Positions 22,801-29,273 of a DNA stretch of 29,273 bases are shown here, piece after piece. This stretch comes from Vermamoeba vermiformis (taxonomy: Eukaryota). Positions within the stretch are counted from its first letter, which is position 1. Each line of letters begins with the position of its first letter. Below the pieces are notes generated by a model. It was not told where the DNA came from and searched no databases. It was given only the letters and a program-made list of their open reading frames with translations. Made by a program: the position numbers and the translations under genes. Where the stretch lies: the NCBI GenBank assembly GCA_045837725.1, contig JBEWZL010000209.1, forward strand, positions 620,001 through 649,273, given 5' to 3'.

Positions 22801-25118
22801 AATCCTATTCGCTGGTAAATTTTAAATCAAACTTGTATATTTTCACCTGCTTTAACTTTTTACCTGTAGTTACTTCATGCAACCAACGTAGCCAGGTTGA
22901 TAATGTGATTCTGTTTGGATTAGTTTCAGTTGGGGAGCTGAAAAACTTGCTAACAAAGAGCATTACAATTCATCATTTTGGAGATGACTGGAGCAGAGAG
23001 TTAGCTAATGTTCCCAAATCTGGCTTCGACTATGGCTTCTATGACTCACTCTGGATGGCTCATCACAAGCTTAAAGTGGAGTGGCGCCAAAAGGCAATGC
23101 AGAAAGATGTTAAGGATGTTCCCACTGAGCCCCAGTTATTTTGGGGTACATTAGATGAATGTGGGGAGCTTTTGCGAATCCAAAATGAGTACCGGTAAGA
23201 TAATTGTTGTTGAAATAACTTGCTGCATGTGTAACTTGTTTATTTAGGATCAAACCGCAATTCCCTGAAAAATTCAGTATTATCTCGGGGTCTGATTGTT
23301 ATTGGATGTCAGAAAAGCAAGTAAGGTTTTCACAATCAAATGCGCTGAAACATGCCGTTGGATTGGCAACAGGTATTTAAAAGAAAAGAAAGGGCTTTCT
23401 TCAATGTTTCTCACCAATTTATTTACAGCAAGATTACAAACCAAGTTCGATCCGCGTTACTATAGAATTCGAACAAGCAATGCATATCAGTTTTGGCATC
23501 CCTTCCCTGACTGCATTGATGTTGAAACCAATACTTTGTTTGAGATGTATGGTGAAAACTGCGCTGGAGTTCGTTGCATTGCACCTTATTTCTACAGTGA
23601 TTGGCAGATCCCTTACTCAGTAAGCTTGCTTACATGCAACACAGTGTATTCTAATCACTTGCATAGCTGTGCACTCGGTTTTTTTACCTGAAAAGCAATT
23701 TTTCTGGCTCTATCTATTGGGTTTTATGTCCTGTGTTCACGTTGGAGGAAGGATTTCATGACTTGCCAACGTGTAAGGTTTTTGTGCACTTTTTGATTGA
23801 TGCTAACCTTTTGCTAGGGGATATAAAAGAGGAACCAGACAAGTCATTGACATTTATCCGTCAAGATCCGGGTCAGACCCTCTTAATTCCGTTCAACTAT
23901 GCCTATCGGTACTGGGTTTTGCCTGATTACAATTTGGATACTCAAATTGAAATGGAATTGCATCCTCGCACTGCAACATTGTTGGAGTATTTCCATGCTG
24001 AATGGTACTGGGGCTACTCTTCTTGGGTGGGAACCAAGTTAAGTTATCAAGATTCGTTGTTGTTCCTTCTAAAGGGATCAGCAATTGATTTTGAAGGTGA
24101 TGTGGTTTCTGAGAACATTAGAACGAGTCTCCTGCCAAAGCTGATCAAGTTTGCCCTGCGAAACCCTCCTAAAGAGTTTGGAGACTTTGTTCATCAAACT
24201 GAATGCACTCGGTGTCACCGTTTAATCTCTTTGGCCTTGTTCGGAACATCGCTCAAGACAATTCATTGTTTCATGTGCGCTTTCATTGATCAAAGTGAAG
24301 ACCACGAAGGTGCTGAAAATACTGCATATGCCATGAGTGTTCTACATGGAGTCCATCCACTGCATGTTATCTTGGGAATAATACGGTATTTGTTTTTTCA
24401 ATCTAGTTAACTTTTCTAATTGTTTATTAAATACAGAGCTATTGCAAGACTTATTGAAGCTCTTCCCGACTGGAATGATGAAGAAGCAAATGCAGCTTTG
24501 AAAAAACGGCGGCAAGCTATCGAAGATATTTTGAGAAGCAATGAAGGTGATAGGCAGAATGAAGAGCGCAAGCCAATTGAGCCAAAAATTCCAAAACTGC
24601 CTTTCATTGAGCACATTCCAGGCACCAGATACAACTTGTTCATGATCCAATTTCCAGGCAACACAACAGTTGTGCCAGCTTGCGACGATGTTCCGCTTAT
24701 ATTTTCTGAGGTACTTCCTGAGCCAGTGCCTCAAACGGCAAAACAGAGCAACACCAACAAAACCACTGCATCCAAGCAGAATGTTGATCCAAAGTTGACA
24801 GAGAAGGATTCTGGTGGTCAATCTTCTAATGCAGATTCAGATGGTCAATCTTCTGATGCGGATTCAGATGAGAAATCAAGCAAAGGGACTCCAAAAACCA
24901 AACAGAAACAAACAAAATCCCCTGCAAAAAAGAATGTTGTTGTTTCAGTTGAGTCAGATTCGGAGGAGACTGATGGAGGCAAAGAAGCAGAAAAGTCTCC
25001 TCAAAAGGGCTCTGGTAAGAAGACGCCAGAAAAAGGCAAAAAGAGAAAAAATCAGGAATCGGCAGAAGAAGGAGAGCCAAAATCAAAGAAAAGAAGGACG
25101 GATCAGCCTGCCAAGTAA
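19900..25118 (+). CDS. Gene B2: ~1,200-aa, 17-exon protein; ParB/Srx-like domain + degenerate JmjC (KDM6-like) + C4 Zn finger + basic NLS tail
   Basis: Exon 1 19900-19962, 774-nt intron, then short GT-AG introns all in frame. ParB-like: NIRELSMDHVKRL..PTVV..YAVCIGQHR..DKVLLIQQL. JmjC-like: NTLF..AGV..PYFYSDWQIP..GSIYWVLCP..FIRQDPGQTLLIPFNYAY. Zn: CTRC..LF..IHCFMCA. Confidence 0.75.
20205..20559 (+). repeat. ~80-bp unit array in intron 1 of B2: five TTTATGGCCGGCCATA palindromes alternating with four Pol III B-box (GGTTCGAATCC) motifs
   Basis: Palindromes at 20205, 20302, 20385, 20461, 20542; B-boxes at 20265, 20347, 20423, 20505, each followed by a T-run. Confidence 0.95.
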
Positions 25119-25183
25119 TTTTGCGTAAATAAATTGGGCTGATTATATTAAAAAGATTGCAGTGTATCAAGTACAAAGAAAAG

Positions 25184-25450
25184 TTTATGGCTGGCCATAA
25201 AGAAAAATAAAAGTTTTGCAGCCACCAGGATTCGAACCTGCTCCTTGATATTAGCCAGATTTTATGGCCGGCCATAAAATTTTTACCAGGACAAAGTCTA
25301 AAAATGCCTCAAAGGCGCAGGTTCGAATCCGGGTGCGGGCAAAATTTTTTATTTTCTTTACGGCCGGCCATAAAATTTCTACTGCACTGGAGCAGGTTCG
25401 AATCCGGGTGCGGGCAATTATTTTTCTTTTTCTTTATGGCTGGCCATAAA
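25184..25450. repeat. Second palindrome/B-box array between B2 and B3: four palindromes, three B-boxes (first inverted)
   Basis: Palindromes at 25184, 25260, 25357, 25433; GGATTCGAACC at 25228, GGTTCGAATCC at 25320 and 25395. 25259-25450 nearly duplicates units of the 20.2 kb array. Confidence 0.95.
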
Positions 25451-25669
25451 CATTTGCTACTAGCTATGAGCTTCATATGCAATTGTTGTAAGCCTAATAG
25501 ATAGTTTCTGACTGTTATTTGTTACTGTTTGTACGTGGTGAGTTTTGACCGTCAAAACAGTTTGCCGACCAAATTTTGCACGTGAATGCACACCCCTTAT
25601 TGTGAATCTTTGTTTACTGTATTGTCAACTAAGAAATACAACTATTTTAAATTAAAACAAACCTTGGAA

Positions 25670-27766
25670 ATGGACAGCAACCCCATTGGCAGTGCTTCTG
25701 AGCGCTTATCCGACGAAGAAATGGATATTGAAGAGGTATGTAGTAATTTTAGCAGTTTTTTTGATAATGATTGTGTGCCTGAATTAGAGCAAATTTTCTA
25801 CTGCAACTTAAGCACTCAAATTGTCTTCGAAGCTGCATTTATTTTTTTTTTGTACTCGCATCTGAAAACTAAGCTAAAGCATTGGACTTCCAATTACATA
25901 TTATCCCTTTATAAAGCAATTTACAAGAGCAGCAAATTTGATATTCTATTGCAATTGGATATGATGAAAGTAACCGCACCTACAAGCATGAAGGAGGTGC
26001 TAAAATCAAAGTCAAACTGGTCGAACCACTTCTTAATCTTTTTTGCTTGCTTATGTTATAGTAAATCCAAAGAGAAAAATCTTTGGGAAACAGCTAACCC
26101 TATTTTCCTAAAATTCTTGAAGAAAAATTGCAACACTTTGTACCCAATGTACAAAGGCATAAAGAGTGAGGTAGATATCTTGTCATCAATTATTGCAATT
26201 GTTCATCCTGTGATAAAGTCCGTGCCTGTTGCAGAAGAAATTGTTTCAGGAAAGAGAAAGAGAGATGATAGTGAAAATGAAGAAGAACCGTCAAAAAAAC
26301 AAAAGACTGATGGAGAAAATGACTCACAGCGTACTAGGAGGAATGTAGGCAAAAAAGTGCCTAAAGATATTCAAGAGACTCTGCGCAGTTATAGCGAGCG
26401 ATGGAAATCTGATCAGATCCCTAATGAGGAATCCAGCAAAATGAGTGAGGAAGAGGCAGGTGAGTATCTGAGTGAGGTTGAGGAGGGAGATGAATTGGAA
26501 AGTGAGGAAGAGCAGGAGAACCAGGATCATGATTCAGAAATGGGAGGTGACAACAGCCACCTGACTGCAAGGTTAAGCAGAGCACTAGATGAGCAGCAAT
26601 TTGAGAACAGTGTGAAAAAACGAAAGAAGGTACAGTCTTCCCCAAGAGGAGATCTTCAACAATTAAATAAGTTAAAGAATACTTTGAGCAACCTCAACCC
26701 AACAATTGTCAATGCCGGTGAGTATTTGGAAGCTAAACAAGCAACAGAGATGGCAGTTGATTTAATTAGACAGTTCTCACTGTTTGGAGTTTACTTCTCC
26801 GTCAAAAAAGAAAAAGGACATATGCGAGTTACATCTGTAGGTAACATTTACACTGATGAGGAAATATCCCTTAAAGATGAAGAGAAAGCACAAATCAAGC
26901 TGATTAGGCAAACAAAAAAACCATATTCTTCATTGCTTGAAAAAGAAACCCGTAATTCTGAATCCAAGTTACTTTTTGATCTTACGCAAAAGCAGTACCA
27001 AATTCTTTCAACAGCTACTTTTGCCAAAGGAATGTTCAGGTATGTAATGAGAGGAGGAAAGAAGGTAGAAATGTCAGAAGAGTTTGCAAAATGTGCTTTG
27101 CATGTACCTGATGTTGTTCTTGCTTATTTTGAGTCCAAAGAAAAGCGGGCAGAAGTTTTTAAAGATTTGGACCAAAAGAATAAGATTAATGACAAGTTAA
27201 AGTCTATTCTTACAATTTGTGAAACATTTGTGGACCACGAGACTGAAATTATTGCTGCAAAAAAGTTAAGAATGTTTGCAATTGGTTGGTTGATGTCAGC
27301 AAAGAGTGACAAGCTAACCAAGGAGTTAGTAAACAAAGAGACACAGCGATTGCAAACAGAGAATGAAGGTAAAAATGAATTTGAAAAGCTGACAGCAAAT
27401 CAAATTAGCAAGCTAGCAAGAGACAAGGCAGCATCAGAAGTGAATGAAAAACTCGCTCAGTACCTAAAGGACACTGTTGCCAATTTGCAGTTTAAACGGT
27501 CTCTTGCATGCTCTGACCCGTCAACACTTTTGGAGATAAAGCATGTTGAAACAGATGCTAAACAAGCTTTTCGACGGTGGAAGTCAGACTTAACCAAATT
27601 CTTCCAATTGTGCTCGTTAAAACCAGTTTTATTATTCTCCTCTTTATCATATTATTTTCTTGTTCGATCTTTTGTTTCTCCAAAGGCAGTAGATGGTCTA
27701 TTTAGAGTAATGCAAGAAGAAAATTTTGAGCCCAGGTTCTGGTATCAACCAGAGCAATACATCTAG
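25670..27766 (+). CDS. Gene B3: core gene 1, paralog of A2 (~700 aa, NLS-like motifs, acidic tract, helical C-terminal domain)
   Basis: Long ORF 25586-27766, likely ATG at 25670. Shares the F+xWKxxLxxFFxxCS+xxxLLF motif, an upstream (L/E)FGV motif and a terminal WxxP with A2. Confidence 0.85.
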   Translation: MDSNPIGSASERLSDEEMDIEEVCSNFSSFFDNDCVPELEQIFYCNLSTQIVFEAAFIFFLYSHLKTKLKHWTSNYILSLYKAIYKSSKFDILLQLDMMKVTAPTSMKEVLKSKSNWSNHFLIFFACLCYSKSKEKNLWETANPIFLKFLKKNCNTLYPMYKGIKSEVDILSSIIAIVHPVIKSVPVAEEIVSGKRKRDDSENEEEPSKKQKTDGENDSQRTRRNVGKKVPKDIQETLRSYSERWKSDQIPNEESSKMSEEEAGEYLSEVEEGDELESEEEQENQDHDSEMGGDNSHLTARLSRALDEQQFENSVKKRKKVQSSPRGDLQQLNKLKNTLSNLNPTIVNAGEYLEAKQATEMAVDLIRQFSLFGVYFSVKKEKGHMRVTSVGNIYTDEEISLKDEEKAQIKLIRQTKKPYSSLLEKETRNSESKLLFDLTQKQYQILSTATFAKGMFRYVMRGGKKVEMSEEFAKCALHVPDVVLAYFESKEKRAEVFKDLDQKNKINDKLKSILTICETFVDHETEIIAAKKLRMFAIGWLMSAKSDKLTKELVNKETQRLQTENEGKNEFEKLTANQISKLARDKAASEVNEKLAQYLKDTVANLQFKRSLACSDPSTLLEIKHVETDAKQAFRRWKSDLTKFFQLCSLKPVLLFSSLSYYFLVRSFVSPKAVDGLFRVMQEENFEPRFWYQPEQYI

Positions 27767-27818
27767 AGTAATTTTCTAATTTATTTGAAAGATTATAACA
27801 TCTAACTATTATCAACAG

Positions 27819-29273
27819 AAATCCTTGGTGGAGCGGATAATATGCCACAGACTGGCCAAATTACAGCTAACTCCCACTTCTGCCCATAATCGTGCAGTTG
27901 AGGAGCGTCAGCAATGTGACAGGATGAAGAATTTCATCAACAAGGAAATCAGCATTGACACAAACCCAGCTTCAGAGGATTCGCCAAAGCAAACTCAACA
28001 AGACAACGGTAACAGCCTCCTAAACTAATCATAATTGATGTTCTAACATCTTTAATAGCAACCTCAAGTGATTCAGACGAGGAATGTGGCTCATTTGATT
28101 TATTTTCATCAATAGACGATTCAAGTGTGGCCTCTTTGAAGCTGTTTTCATCAGCAGAAGATGATTTTGAAGATTCAGTAAGCACCATCAGATATATTTT
28201 GTAGTTTGAATTAATCATTTGCAAAGGAAAATCTGGAGAAATCATGCTGGTTTGATTTAACAGAGTTGGAAGTTAATGAAGCAAATCTGCTTCGTGCAAT
28301 TTCTAGAATAACAACGTAAGATTCGTTGTAGATTTACAAAACTAATTTTTTTTTAGACAAAACAAGCTGATAAAATCTGTCTATAACCAAGACAAGGGAG
28401 AACATGTTTTAGTGAAGGTAATTAAGGGCTTTGTCAATAGCTTATTGACTTTGGTTACAGACTTCGAAGGATTTGCAGCACATTCATGAAAATCTAGAAT
28501 GGATGTCTAGCTGCAATACCATGCACTCATATGAGCACGATCCATTCAGAAAGCTTGATTACCAAATGGATTTGGATGCAACTGTAATTACCAGCTCAAA
28601 ACTGAACTTTGTGAAAAGCCCAATGCAAATGACAGTGTATCCACGAGCTAGTGATGCAATGGCAAAATCCAAACTGATTATCAATGGCTCTGCATTGCAT
28701 AAGAAGTTAAATGCTTATTTGGGGTAATGTTGATTATGAGTAAGGAAAATTATTAATTTTTTTGAATAATGAAGGGTAGGAGTATACTAGAAGAAATAAT
28801 AATCTAATGCTTTAACTAGAGTTGAGGTTCTCTTTGTAATGCAAGTGTTTGGTGACAAAATGGAGGTTAAGTCATCTTCCGAAGTGCATGCCTATCTGAC
28901 AGAGATTGAGCGCCACTTCATGCTGCCAAATCAGAACAATGATACCAAACACCAATTTTTTCAGGATATTGCAGCAGATATTGGGTAAGCCACTCTGATA
29001 ATTTGCTCTTCAGCTCTAAACAGATGCTAGGGTACATAGAAAGAAGGGAGCAAAAACAGAGTACTTAACAACCTGGAACCCATTGGTTTTGGACATTTTT
29101 CTCAATTCAGAAGCATCACCATTAAAGTCCTTGATGGGTACTGGTTCTACAAGAGCAGGGCGTGTTTCATCATACCCCCAGCTTGGGAGTGCATTGATCA
29201 AAAGTGCAATGGCTCGTTATGCAAACAGAAAAAACAATCTGTTTGAAGTGAAACTTTATTCTAGAGCCAGTCA
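27819..29273 (+). CDS. Gene B4: core gene 2, paralog of A3 (Rep_trans-like), incomplete at the window edge and lacking two exons relative to A3
   Basis: Spliced: ..MDLDATVITSSKLNFVK..VYP..GSALHKKLNAYLG|VEVLFVMQVFGDK..FFQDIAADIG|..SPLKSLM..YPQLG..EVKLYSR. A3 reads IDNDFIGFVFEDITFIK..YCP..GKSLHTIPNISLG..PVFVVQYFGQK..FFFDIAEDFA..SPFASLM..YPNYG..KIKVYDK. Three phase-2 introns sit at matching positions. Confidence 0.8.

Larger units (their letters stand above)
17793..29273 (+). mobile_element. Element B (>11.4 kb, runs off the window): diverged sister of element A with different cargo
   Basis: TATA|CTATGTAGG-N12-TTTAGGGTT start, subterminal hairpin array, B3/B4 paralogous to A2/A3 in the same order and strand, compositional shift (CpG loss). 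Confidence 0.7.

Noticed and set aside
20205-25450. tRNA genes at GGTTCGAATCC motifs
   Set aside because: Only the B-box/T-arm is present; no A-box, D-arm, anticodon arm or acceptor stem could be folded.

Overview
Compact, intron-rich eukaryotic DNA (short ~45-65 nt GT..CTAA..AG introns; organism not identifiable from the sequence). 1-4.2 kb is host-like: a divergent pair of secreted beta-propeller-like paralogs. The rest looks like a nest of mobile elements. (i) A repeat-rich arm from ~4286 carries the 3' part of a TET/JBP 2OG-Fe(II) dioxygenase gene that breaks off at 6524. (ii) Element A spans 6525-17792 and (iii) element B spans 17793 to the window end, head-to-tail. A and B start with the same TATA|CTATRTAGG-N12-TTTAGGGTT terminus followed by a hairpin tandem array, show no TIRs, and share a paralogous two-gene core with conserved intron positions. 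The second core gene carries, in order, motifs resembling Rep_trans (pT181 RepC/RepD-type) rolling-circle initiators rather than HUH, DDE or tyrosine-recombinase transposases. This suggests a eukaryotic rolling-circle-like transposon class unknown to me (inference). Element B also carries a DUF6939/NADAR-like gene and a ParB-like + catalytically dead KDM6-like JmjC + Zn-finger gene, with 11 copies of an 18-bp palindrome interleaved with Pol III B-boxes in and around them. B is CpG-eroded, A is not. All gene models were spliced by hand and all family calls are motif recognition, not database hits.
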